Part shown: positions 48,304 through 57,334 of the stretch, piece by piece
Layout: every line of letters begins with the position of its first letter
Position numbering within the stretch: position 1 is the stretch's first letter
Notes under the pieces: model-generated
The model's input: only the letters and a program-made list of their open reading frames with translations
What the model was told of the DNA's origin: nothing
The model's database searches: none
Made by a program: the position numbers and the translations under genes
Origin: Bacteroidota bacterium
GTDB lineage: Bacteria > Bacteroidota > Bacteroidia > Chitinophagales > LD1
Assembly (NCBI GenBank): GCA_947478005.1
Contig: CANJVG010000002.1
Span: forward strand, 5,463-69,462
Direction: 5' to 3'
Length of the DNA: 64,000 bases

Positions 48304-51300
48304 TTATCGAATCAAGGTAGCTGCACCTTTTTCATCTGCCACTATCCCGTTGATATAAACGACATGATACAAAAAGATGTAGGTGCCTATCGGCTGCTCT
48401 TTGCCCCGAATAGTTCCATCCCATCCATCGCCAGTTTGCATATTCAGGTTTTCATACACCATCTCTCCCCAACGATTAAACACTCTGAATTCCAGTTTCT
48501 GCACATTGCGTGTAATGGCTACTAAACGGTCATTCACATTATCGCCATTCGGAGAAAATGCCGTTGGCACTAACACTACAAACTTATCAGGAGCACAAGA
48601 AGTAGGGTCAACTGAAGGGTCTGACAAAGTGGACTGCGCATTTGCCACACAGCCATTGACATCTGTAACTGTTACGCTGTAAGAACCTTTGCGTCTTTGT
48701 TCAATAAACGATGCCGTATCCAGTGAAGAAGTGTTCCACAGATAAACGTATGGGCTTGCTCCGCCTTCGGTAGAAGCAACTACTGCGCCCGTTGAATCGC
48801 CAATGCAAGATGGGTCAATGCCAACTAATTTCACCACAAATGGTAGCGGTTTGTTTACGCTAACGGAACCTGTTGTTGTGCATCCATTCGAATCGGAAAC
48901 AAGCACCGTGTAATTACCAGCGCCTGCTTTCGGATTTTGAAGTGCAGAACTAAAGTTATTGCTTCCGGTCCAACTGTAGGTGAACGGTGACACGCCACCC
49001 GAAAGAACAGTTACTGCGACAGAACCGTTTGAAGAATCTACACAAAGCGGCTCAACTGCTAAAAGTGTTACTACAAACGGCACCGGCAAATTAACGCCAA
49101 CCGTTTCAGAGGCCGTGCAATTATTGGTATCCCTAACCAAAACCGTATAGGTTCCTGCGCCTGCTTGTGGGTTTTGCTGAGTAGAAGTAAAATTGTTGGT
49201 TCCTGTCCAGCTATAAGAATAGCCCGGTGTTCCTCCAGTAACTACAGTAGTAATAGCACCATTGGCCGAATCGGCACATAATGGCGAAGAACCTGTGAGA
49301 GCAATCTGAATAGCTGCTGGTGAAGTAATGGTTCCCGCAACGGTTGTATCGCAACCATTGGCATCCTTAATTCTTACAGAGAACGTGCCTTCACCTAATC
49401 CAGCAACATTTGTAGAGGAAGTAGAATCACTCCAGAAATAATTGTATGGTGCAGTCGCTCCGCTTACAGCAATGGAAGCTGTACTGTTGCTGGCACCATT
49501 GCAAAGTAAATTAGTAGTAGTAAGTGCAATGGAATAAGCAGTAGGTTGACTAAGTGTAGTATCGGACGAAACACTGCAACCGTTTGCATCAGTAATCGTA
49601 ACGGTATGCGTTCCTGCAGCTACATTATTTAGATTTTGAGAAGTGGCATTGGTTGGTGCACTCCATTGATAAGAATACGGCTGCACTCCTCCGTTCACAT
49701 TCACATCCACAATTCCATCTGTTCCACCAGGGCAGCGAGGATTGAAAGTGAAAGAAACATTTGAAGTCAATAATGTTGGCTCTGTAACGGTGTAGGTATT
49801 TCCTGCAGTGCATCCTATATTATCCGTCACCGTTATTGAATAAGTGCCGGGGCCTATATTTGGATTATCCTGAGTGGCCACTGAATTTGACCAGGCAAAA
49901 GTAAGTGGGCTTTGTCCTCCTGTGGAAGAAAGGTATACTCCTCCATTAGCGGCACCAAAGCATTGCACATTCTTCAAACTATCAAGTGTAATAATAACCG
50001 TAGTGGTATTTGGAACGTTTGCTGTAGCTGATGAGGTGCAACCACTGAAATCGGTAACAGTTACATTAAAGTTTCCGGCACAAAGCAATACTGCATTTTG
50101 CAATTGTTGTGGTGGAATTGAGTTCCATGCGTAGGAATAAGGAGTAGTTCCTCCGGCTGCATTAGCCGTTGCTGAACCATCACAGGCGCCTCCACAGGTA
50201 ACCGGATTGCCGGTTGCCAAAACAGAAATTTGCGCAGGAACGTTAATGGTGACAGAGGCCGAAGCATTACATCCATGAGCATCCGTTACAGTAACATTAT
50301 AATTGCCTCCGGTTAATCCCGAAATTGATGTAACGTTTCCGGCATTGTTGCTCCAGGCATAAGTAAATGGCGCAACGCCTCCCTGAATAGTCGAGTTAAT
50401 TTGTCCATCACTGCCACTAAAGCAGGCAACATCCTGTTTCGTAAGATTTACACCGAAAACAGACCCAGGATTATCAGACACCGAAATAGTGAAGGTGCCA
50501 TAGTCGGTTGCTGTTTTTCCATCTACAACTATATAATAGTCGCCTGCCTGGCAGATAGAATAGGAAAGAACAGACTGCGTTCCACAACCATTATCATCGG
50601 AAGTATCGGGAACGGCCTGATTGCAGGCGCTGAATAAATAAAGGTAGCTGTCAAACTGAGCACCGCTCACCCCACAAACAGAAGCTGTAATACCAATAGT
50701 ACCATTTACATGAAATTTATACCACACATCGTTGCCCGGAGAAAGGGTGCTGCTGTTGCCATAACACTCGTTGCTGTTGAAATGAGTAAGCGGAAGTCCG
50801 CCATTGGTAAGCGTTCCTAAATCAATGGCGTTGTTACAGGCATCGCCCTTGGTATAGCGCCAGTAGCTTTCAATTTTTGGATAGTAATAATCCCGGGCTC
50901 CGTTATTGGCTTTAATGTATCCACCGGTGCTTTGGCCATGTGTATACCACTGGCAGGGTGGCCCCAAACGATAATTGAGATTGTTTTTGTAAGGAGAAAC
51001 AGCATTCTGATAATCATCCTCCTCACTAAAAAGGCAGCCGATAAACGGAATATTGGCGCAGCAGGAAGAAGCCTGAAATGTGCAACGGCTACCATTGGTT
51101 CCGCAGGAAGTAATACCGCTGATAACTGCAAAGTCAGTCGGAATATCGTCTTCCCAACAATCCTCTTTTATTTCAAAAAACTGGGGAACAGTAGGTGTTG
51201 GATACGTGTAGTTGAACAACACCGTATTAAAGTCGGCTGAATATTCAGGACCGCCACCCGTCATAGGCAAATCGGCCTGTAAACAGGCACCACCCTGCCA

Positions 51301-51573
51301 GCCAAGTCCACTGATATTTCCCTGGTCTTCTGCCCAATAGTGAAAAGTAAACTCATCACCCGCCAGCGAGCCCGGCAAGTTGAAATTACCTACTTGAAGA
51401 GATACTCCATCAAGGTAGCTGGCACTTGGGTATTGCACTTTTACATCGCGCAACCGAACCTGTAATTGAATAGGCCCATCAGACAAGGTTTGTGCCGAAA
51501 TGATTTGAGCGGCTGAAATGAAAAGGACGGCAGCCACTAATTTTTTGTAAATATTCATCATAGAAAAGTTCAT
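48304..51573 (-). CDS. T9SS type B cargo with eight SprB-type repeats
   Basis: The start is taken at MNFSMMNIYKKLVAAVLFISAAQIISAQ. A ~400-aa N-terminal region is followed by eight ~75-aa repeats of the form C.G..(D/N)G......GG..P(Y/F).(Y/F).W. C-terminus VPTAFSPNGDNVNDRL...FNRWGEMVYE...WDGT..G...P.GTY. Confidence 0.85.
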   Translation of the reverse strand: MNFSMMNIYKKLVAAVLFISAAQIISAQTLSDGPIQLQVRLRDVKVQYPSASYLDGVSLQVGNFNLPGSLAGDEFTFHYWAEDQGNISGLGWQGGACLQADLPMTGGGPEYSADFNTVLFNYTYPTPTVPQFFEIKEDCWEDDIPTDFAVISGITSCGTNGSRCTFQASSCCANIPFIGCLFSEEDDYQNAVSPYKNNLNYRLGPPCQWYTHGQSTGGYIKANNGARDYYYPKIESYWRYTKGDACNNAIDLGTLTNGGLPLTHFNSNECYGNSSTLSPGNDVWYKFHVNGTIGITASVCGVSGAQFDSYLYLFSACNQAVPDTSDDNGCGTQSVLSYSICQAGDYYIVVDGKTATDYGTFTISVSDNPGSVFGVNLTKQDVACFSGSDGQINSTIQGGVAPFTYAWSNNAGNVTSISGLTGGNYNVTVTDAHGCNASASVTINVPAQISVLATGNPVTCGGACDGSATANAAGGTTPYSYAWNSIPPQQLQNAVLLCAGNFNVTVTDFSGCTSSATANVPNTTTVIITLDSLKNVQCFGAANGGVYLSSTGGQSPLTFAWSNSVATQDNPNIGPGTYSITVTDNIGCTAGNTYTVTEPTLLTSNVSFTFNPRCPGGTDGIVDVNVNGGVQPYSYQWSAPTNATSQNLNNVAAGTHTVTITDANGCSVSSDTTLSQPTAYSIALTTTNLLCNGASNSTASIAVSGATAPYNYFWSDSTSSTNVAGLGEGTFSVRIKDANGCDTTVAGTITSPAAIQIALTGSSPLCADSANGAITTVVTGGTPGYSYSWTGTNNFTSTQQNPQAGAGTYTVLVRDTNNCTASETVGVNLPVPFVVTLLAVEPLCVDSSNGSVAVTVLSGGVSPFTYSWTGSNNFSSALQNPKAGAGNYTVLVSDSNGCTTTGSVSVNKPLPFVVKLVGIDPSCIGDSTGAVVASTEGGASPYVYLWNTSSLDTASFIEQRRKGSYSVTVTDVNGCVANAQSTLSDPSVDPTSCAPDKFVVLVPTAFSPNGDNVNDRLVAITRNVQKLEFRVFNRWGEMVYENLNMQTGDGWDGTIRGKEQPIGTYIFLYHVVYINGIVADEKGAATLIR

Positions 51574-51633
51574 TTTTAGGTGGGTAAAAGTAGTTTTTTT
51601 CGCAAGCCAAGGAAGGTGAGTTTGTATAGGCAT

Positions 51634-51668
51634 AAAAAAAGCGCGGAGGGTGGCCTTCGCGCTTTTTT
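51634..51668 (-). terminator. terminator after 51711..52148
   Basis: aaaaaaaGCGCGGAGGgtggCCTTCGCGCtttttt has A- and T-runs on both sides. Confidence 0.65.
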
Positions 51669-51710
51669 GGTTTATAGTTGGTCAGGCGACCAACAACGGC
51701 TTAGCAATGA

Positions 51711-52148
51711 TTATGGAAACGAAAATGTCAGTGAACCACATTTAGACAAAGTCCCAGAACCAGTATATTCAGAAGGATAAAGAACATAGCCACTTACTTG
51801 TGTAGTTTTGATAGAACAATAGCCGGGTGACATGCTGACCGTTAAAGTTCCGTTGCCAGAAACACGACCTTTATAAATACTATTAACATAACAGTTGTAT
51901 GGGTTGCTGCTATAACTGTCGAACACAATATTGCCGGTGTTGTTTATTTCACAAGCGGCCCGATTGTCGTTCTGACAGTTAATGCCAGAAAATCCTGACG
52001 GACAATTGCAAGAGCCGTTAATACAAGAGCTACCATTTAGGCAGACCTTACTTTCACAGGCATCTTTTTTACAACCACTAAAACTTATTGTGAAAGTTGT
52101 AATTGTTAGGATTACCAATAGGTTCGTAAATACTATTCTCATTTTCAT
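51711..52148 (-). CDS. small lipoprotein with EGF-like Cys-rich module
   Basis: 145 aa with the lipobox ISFSGC. CESKVCLNGSSCINGSCNCPSGFSGINCQ matches the six-Cys EGF-like spacing. Confidence 0.55.
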   Translation of the reverse strand: MKMRIVFTNLLVILTITTFTISFSGCKKDACESKVCLNGSSCINGSCNCPSGFSGINCQNDNRAACEINNTGNIVFDSYSSNPYNCYVNSIYKGRVSGNGTLTVSMSPGYCSIKTTQVSGYVLYPSEYTGSGTLSKCGSLTFSFP

Positions 52149-52242
52149 TGTCTGTTTTTTTATTTTTCGCCTACTCTTTGTTCCCCTTTTCGGCTTACGA
52201 GGTTTTTGTTTTTTATACTTCTTAAAATAATTCCCTACCGAT

Positions 52243-52277
52243 AAAAAAATCCTCGCCCAACTACTGAGCGAGGATTT
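52243..52277 (-). terminator. rho-independent terminator of 52305..53024
   Basis: The minus strand reads AAATCCTCGC-tcagtagttgg-GCGAGGATTT followed by TTTTTAT. Confidence 0.75.
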
Positions 52278-52304
52278 TGAAGACCATAAAAAAGACGGCT
52301 GCTG

Positions 52305-53024
52305 TTACGCTATCACCACTATAATAATATCTGTCCAAGGCCCTGCCAGTTCAGGATGTTTGGTGTTATACCAGCGCCCAAATGCTATCAATCGTTTGCC
52401 CACATTTTGCGGCCCGCAGTGGAACACAAATAGCGCTTTTGTAAAAATCTCCTTCGTCATGCCTGTGTCGTTAGGGTTAGGCATGGGCATTCCCGGCCCC
52501 GGCATGGGCATATTGCCCCCGTCCACAATAGCAAAGGCCAGTTGCAAACTATCGGCTCCATCGGCTTTGCTGGCGCGGTGGTCATCGTGGCTGGTGCGGC
52601 AGCTAAAATCTAAATCGCCCCCGCCCAAGGGCGTAGTTTTTATAGCTACTCCATCCTTAATGCTGGCAGTAGGCGTGGTGGGCGCATGGCGCTCCAACAC
52701 AAAATTAAAGGCATGAGCATCGGCATCGGTAGCTGCCGGGCTTACCGCCATAATATTGAGCAGCGGCTGCCCAAAGGTTTTAAAGCTCGCAATGAATTTA
52801 TGGGTTTCGTCCTTCACCGCAGGGGTGCATTGGTTCGGGTCCTGGTATTTTGGATACAGTGTATCGCGCCAATACACGCGCTTCGTTTTCCAGTCGTCCA
52901 TGTTTTGCCCGCTTAAACCCAGCCGCGTGCCGTTGTCAGGAGGTCCTCCGGCTATTATATAGTTAGCCGTGGTGTTAATGTAACCATTAAAAAGATGAAT
53001 TGTTTCTGGGATTCTACTTGCCAT
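52305..53024 (-). CDS. orphan family-A hypothetical protein (intact paralog of 6716..7420)
   Basis: 239 aa. It shares N(G/A)TRL.L, W...Y...TP..V, F..F and the C-terminal Y....E.AGP with the 6716 gene. It has a Pro/Gly/Met-rich insert, MPMPGPGMPMPNPN. Monocistronic with its own terminator. Confidence 0.65.
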   Translation of the reverse strand: MASRIPETIHLFNGYINTTANYIIAGGPPDNGTRLGLSGQNMDDWKTKRVYWRDTLYPKYQDPNQCTPAVKDETHKFIASFKTFGQPLLNIMAVSPAATDADAHAFNFVLERHAPTTPTASIKDGVAIKTTPLGGGDLDFSCRTSHDDHRASKADGADSLQLAFAIVDGGNMPMPGPGMPMPNPNDTGMTKEIFTKALFVFHCGPQNVGKRLIAFGRWYNTKHPELAGPWTDIIIVVIA

Positions 53025-53077
53025 AGTTCTAGTATTTTAGAGTAAATAATTGGTTTTGTTGTTAAAAGAGTTGATTC

Positions 53078-53287
53078 TGTATTTTTTGTCGAAGAATGAA
53101 TGCGTTATGTCGTGCGACAGAGGGGTTACTTCTTTAGACAGATAGGTCATGTCGTGTGACATGAGACTTACTTCGTTAGACGGAGGGGCTATGTCGTAAG
53201 AAGCAGGGTTCCTGTCGGGAGACGGAAGATTAACTTCGTTTGACAGAAGGTTTCCTTCGCACGAAGCAAACCTACCTTCGCGCGACA
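53078..53287. repeat. array 4: exactly ten contiguous 21-bp units (210 bp) with core (T/C)(G/T)TC-N4-GA(C/A)(A/G) dyads
   Basis: Dyad cores such as tgtcgtgcgaca, cttcgcacgaag and tgtcgtgtgaca recur exactly every 21 bp. The GACA/GAAG/GACG end of the core falls at 53119, 53140, 53161, 53182, 53203, 53224, 53245, 53266 and 53287. The array ends 54 bp 5' of the ATG at 53024. Confidence 0.9.
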
Positions 53288-53347
53288 TAAAAGAATTAGT
53301 AAGAGAAGTAGTTGGAAATTTAAGCGAGAGTATTATCTGCGCGCATG

Positions 53348-53389
<42 letters not shown>

Positions 53390-53544
53390 AGGTGCAAATA
53401 GTAGAAGGACTTTGCAGTGAGAAGAGAAGAAGTGGTGGTCGAAAAGTTCATTAAAAATGAGCTGTATTTCTGTTAGCGTTGAACAAGGATAGAAAGAAAT
53501 TCTGAATACAAAAAAAATATTTTCAGCCAAAGATTTAGCGGCTT

Positions 53545-54804
53545 TTAGCGCATAGTATCATACCGCTGAGTGTCGAGGCGGATGAAGATGAAAAGCAAAA
53601 CTGTGAACGAAAGCAGCGAGGAGCCGCCATAGCTAATGAAGGGCAAAGGAATACCGATGACCGGAGCCACACCAATGGCCATGCCTATATTAATGAGGAA
53701 ATGGAAGAACAGAATGCTCGCCACACAATAGCCATATACCCGGCTGAACTGCGATTTTTGCCGCTCGGCCACATAGAGCAGGCGATAGAAAAAACCGAGA
53801 AAAGCAATAATGACACCAAAGCTGCCTACAAAACCAAACTCTTCGCCAATAGAGCTGAAGATAAAATCGGTGCTTTGCTCGGGCACAAACTTCAGTTTGG
53901 TTTGGGTGCCCTGCAAGTAGCCCTTGCCCATAAACCCTCCCGAGCCAATGGCAATAATAGATTGGCGAATGTTCCAGTCCTTGCCGTTTTCTACTTCTTT
54001 GCCCAGCAACACATTTATGCGGTCGCGTTGGTGTGGTTTCATTTTGTTGAACGCATAATCTACCGAGAAGACAAAGCCCGAAGCAATCACCCACAGGCCC
54101 AATACGATGCCCGCCATTTTTCGGTTCTTTCTAAAAGAGTAAATGATAAGCAGCGCGAGCACCAACAGCGAACCGACCAGGATATATTTATTGATAAGCA
54201 AGGCCATTACCCCGAGCACAGTGACAGAAGCGCCTACAATCAAAAAATAAGATTCCAGCCCCTCACGAAAAAGAACCAGCGCCAGCGCCACAAATACAAT
54301 AGCCGAACCTGCATCGCCCTGAATTAAAACCAACAACATCGGAAAACCGATAATGGCAAACACGCGCCATTTATCTTTCCATTTGCGAATGTCCACGTTC
54401 AGACCCGAAAGGAATTTGGCCACCGCGAGGCTCACGGCAAACTTGGCCATTTCGCTCGGCTGCATTTGAAATCCGCCTATCCGAATCCAGTTTCGTTGTC
54501 CTTTTACCTCCACGCCCACAAACATTACCAACACCACAAACAACATGAGCATGACATAAAAAACATAGGAGAAGGTGGTGTAGAATCGGGAATCGACAAT
54601 GAGAATAAGGGCCGCAAGAATGACCGATGCTACTATCCATTGAAATTGCTTGCCGCTGTTTACGGTAGAGTCGAAAACACTTTTGCCATCGCCCGAGTAG
54701 GAAGAAGAATAGATAACCGCCCAGCCAAAAAGCACCAACACCGCGTAGAGAACTACGGTTAGCCAGTCTATTTTTCCGGTAAGTGATTCTTGTTTACGGG
54801 CCAC
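53545..54804 (-). CDS. rodA: rod shape-determining protein RodA (SEDS family)
   Basis: 419 aa and polytopic, with GSGGFMGKG, FVPEQSTDFIF and PLPFISYGGSS. It is the last gene of the mre/mrd operon. Confidence 0.9.
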   Translation of the reverse strand: MARKQESLTGKIDWLTVVLYAVLVLFGWAVIYSSSYSGDGKSVFDSTVNSGKQFQWIVASVILAALILIVDSRFYTTFSYVFYVMLMLFVVLVMFVGVEVKGQRNWIRIGGFQMQPSEMAKFAVSLAVAKFLSGLNVDIRKWKDKWRVFAIIGFPMLLVLIQGDAGSAIVFVALALVLFREGLESYFLIVGASVTVLGVMALLINKYILVGSLLVLALLIIYSFRKNRKMAGIVLGLWVIASGFVFSVDYAFNKMKPHQRDRINVLLGKEVENGKDWNIRQSIIAIGSGGFMGKGYLQGTQTKLKFVPEQSTDFIFSSIGEEFGFVGSFGVIIAFLGFFYRLLYVAERQKSQFSRVYGYCVASILFFHFLINIGMAIGVAPVIGIPLPFISYGGSSLLSFTVLLFIFIRLDTQRYDTMR

Positions 54805-54898
54805 GTGCTATTTTGGATTTTGGATTTTCGAGGTATGATTGAAATACAAAATTCTCCTGGTTATTATTTGCTTTGTTAAATTCAAAATCCTAAATTTT

Positions 54899-56794
54899 TC
54901 ACTCTTCGCCTTCGCCTTTCATGCCTGCGCTCTTGTTGGTTTTCACTCCATATTTGTGCAGCAGGTTGGCTTCTATCATTCTCTTTTCTATATCCAATCG
55001 CTTGGTGGCTATGGTGTCGTTCAAATATTTTTCAACTAATAAACTGGCTATGGGTGCTGCAAATGCCGAACCGTAGCCTCCGTTCTCAACCACCACGGCA
55101 ATGGCAATTTTAGGTTCATCCTTTGGGGCAAAACCGGCAAACATAGAGTGATTGTCGCCATGTGGATTTTGAGCTGTGCCCGTTTTGCCACAAAGCGTTA
55201 TCCCCTCTACACGGGCCGCTTTCGCAGTTCCAGACTCCACCACTTCAAACAAACCTTCAATCACCGGAATGAAATGTTCCTTGCCAATCAAGGCCTCATG
55301 CACTTCATATTCATGGGTCACATCCTTGTTGGTAACGGGGTCCGTTATTTTCTTTACGATGTGCGGTGTAATCCAATGACCATGATTAGAAATACAGGCA
55401 AAAATATTGGCCATCTGCAAAGGAGTAGTCAGCACTTCTCCCTGACCGATTCCTAAAGAAATAATAGTGGCAAACTTCCATCGGTTCGCGCCATAAATTT
55501 TATCAAAATAATGTACGGTAGGAATATTTCCCCGCACTTCACTCGGCAAATCAATGCCAGTTTTCACACCCAAGCCAAAACTGTTGCAGATTTTCACCCA
55601 CTTGTCATACGACTGCGAAACACTCATCCCCGGATTTTTCTCCAATGAATTTCGAAACGTTTGGCAAAAATAAGGATTGCATGACTGCGCGAGCGCATAT
55701 TGAATATTGGTTGGAGAAGGGTGTTTGTGCGAGCAGTGGACAATCACACCACCGGCATTATACGCCTCATTGCATGGATAGGCATAATTAATTCCCTGTA
55801 CCCCTTCATCCAAAGCAATAAGAGCAACTACCGGTTTAAACGAAGAGCCCGGAGGATAAGTAGCAAGAGTGGGGCGTGAATACAAAGGCAACAATGAATC
55901 GGTAAGAAGCGCATTAAAGTTTTTTCCACGCACCGCTCCACAAAGTAAGTTAGGGTCATAACCCGGGCTACTCACCAATGCAATAATTTCTCCGGTGTTG
56001 GGTTCAATGGCCACCACACTTCCTTTTTTGTTTTGCATCAATTGCTCTGCATACTCCTGCAATTTTATATCGAGCGTAGTAATCACATTATCTCCCGATA
56101 TGGCCAGCGTATCAAACTCGCCCTTGCTCAAAGACCCCATTTCGCGATTGTGCACGTCCACAAAAACAAATTTCTTTCCGCGCTTGCCGCCTAATTCCTT
56201 TTCATACACTTTCTCAATTCCGCTCTTCCCTACATAGTCGCCAGGCTTATAATATCCTTCCGAAGATTCAATTTGCCTTTCACTTACCTCACCAATATCT
56301 CCAAGAATAGTAGCCCCCACCCTATGAGGATATTTTCGAATCGTTCTTACCTGACCAAAAAACCCGGGAAAGAGATAAAGTGATTCCTGCAATCGCGAAT
56401 AATCGCGTAGTGAAAGCTGTTTCATAAAGACATTCGGCTTGTAGGAAGAGAATCCTTTCACCTTCATCAACTCCTTGAACTGATGCAGGCATTCTTCTTT
56501 AGCAATACCCAACATCCCCGCCAACTTGGCCGTGTCGATTCCCTTTGCTTGCCGGGGAGTTATCATCAAATCATAAATGGCTTCGTTGTAAACTATTAGT
56601 TCGCCTTTGCGGTCATAGACCATTCCTCGAGTCGGATAAACATCCACTTCCTTAATGGCGTTGTTTCTGGCAAGCGAAATGTATTTGGTGTCAATAACCT
56701 GTAAGTAAAACAGCCGCAACACAAACACCACTGCGAAAGCAACGATGATGATTAGAATAACCTGATGGCGGTTTTTAAATAGGTCTTTGCTCAC
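54899..56794 (-). CDS. mrdA: penicillin-binding protein 2
   Basis: 631 aa with an N-terminal anchor, then SSFKP (SxxK), CSH(K) and KTGTA motifs. Confidence 0.9.
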   Translation of the reverse strand: MSKDLFKNRHQVILIIIVAFAVVFVLRLFYLQVIDTKYISLARNNAIKEVDVYPTRGMVYDRKGELIVYNEAIYDLMITPRQAKGIDTAKLAGMLGIAKEECLHQFKELMKVKGFSSYKPNVFMKQLSLRDYSRLQESLYLFPGFFGQVRTIRKYPHRVGATILGDIGEVSERQIESSEGYYKPGDYVGKSGIEKVYEKELGGKRGKKFVFVDVHNREMGSLSKGEFDTLAISGDNVITTLDIKLQEYAEQLMQNKKGSVVAIEPNTGEIIALVSSPGYDPNLLCGAVRGKNFNALLTDSLLPLYSRPTLATYPPGSSFKPVVALIALDEGVQGINYAYPCNEAYNAGGVIVHCSHKHPSPTNIQYALAQSCNPYFCQTFRNSLEKNPGMSVSQSYDKWVKICNSFGLGVKTGIDLPSEVRGNIPTVHYFDKIYGANRWKFATIISLGIGQGEVLTTPLQMANIFACISNHGHWITPHIVKKITDPVTNKDVTHEYEVHEALIGKEHFIPVIEGLFEVVESGTAKAARVEGITLCGKTGTAQNPHGDNHSMFAGFAPKDEPKIAIAVVVENGGYGSAFAAPIASLLVEKYLNDTIATKRLDIEKRMIEANLLHKYGVKTNKSAGMKGEGEE

Positions 56795-56809
56795 AGAAAG
56801 AATGGAGGA

Positions 56810-57331
56810 TTAAGCAAAACGTTTTTTCTTCTTGCTCGAAAACAGGAAAAGAAAAATCAGCATAAAAAAAACAGAACACAACACACTCAGAAAGATTTTG
56901 AGCAGCATGAAAAAGAAATTGAGAAAAGTGGCTGCTTCCACAAAGAAATAAAGGGTGAGATAAATGAACATGGTGATACCCAAATAGACAATAAACCAAG
57001 TAGTGCCTTGCGCAAAGATATTCGGGCTGATTTCAAATTCAGTCCCTTTGGGAGTAATGATATTAATAAGAAAAGGACGAAGATACCCGATCAGTAAACA
57101 GGCGGCAGCGTGCATGCCGATGGAGCCCAGAAAATAATCGAGCAAAAGTCCTGATGAGAAACCAACAAGCATCAATAGCCAACGCGGAGTTTCAAAAGGC
57201 AGCAACAAAATAAAAAGAGGAAAAACGTACGGATTGATAAACGAACTGTAATTCACGTTGCTGAAAATGAGAATCTGCGCGAGGAGCAACAAAACAAGCC
57301 GGAAGAGATTGATAGGAATTTGACTAATCAT
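56810..57331 (-). CDS. mreD: rod shape-determining protein MreD
   Basis: 173 aa and polytopic. It lies between mreC and mrdA. Confidence 0.75.
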   Translation of the reverse strand: MISQIPINLFRLVLLLLAQILIFSNVNYSSFINPYVFPLFILLLPFETPRWLLMLVGFSSGLLLDYFLGSIGMHAAACLLIGYLRPFLINIITPKGTEFEISPNIFAQGTTWFIVYLGITMFIYLTLYFFVEAATFLNFFFMLLKIFLSVLCSVFFMLIFLFLFSSKKKKRFA

Positions 57332-57334
57332 TCT

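Noticed and set aside
53701-54327. 208-aa plus-strand ORF antisense to rodA (and similar antisense ORFs in recA, purH, mreB and the giant adhesin genes)
   Set aside because: The sense strands encode unambiguous conserved proteins. The antisense ORFs are a by-product of codon composition.
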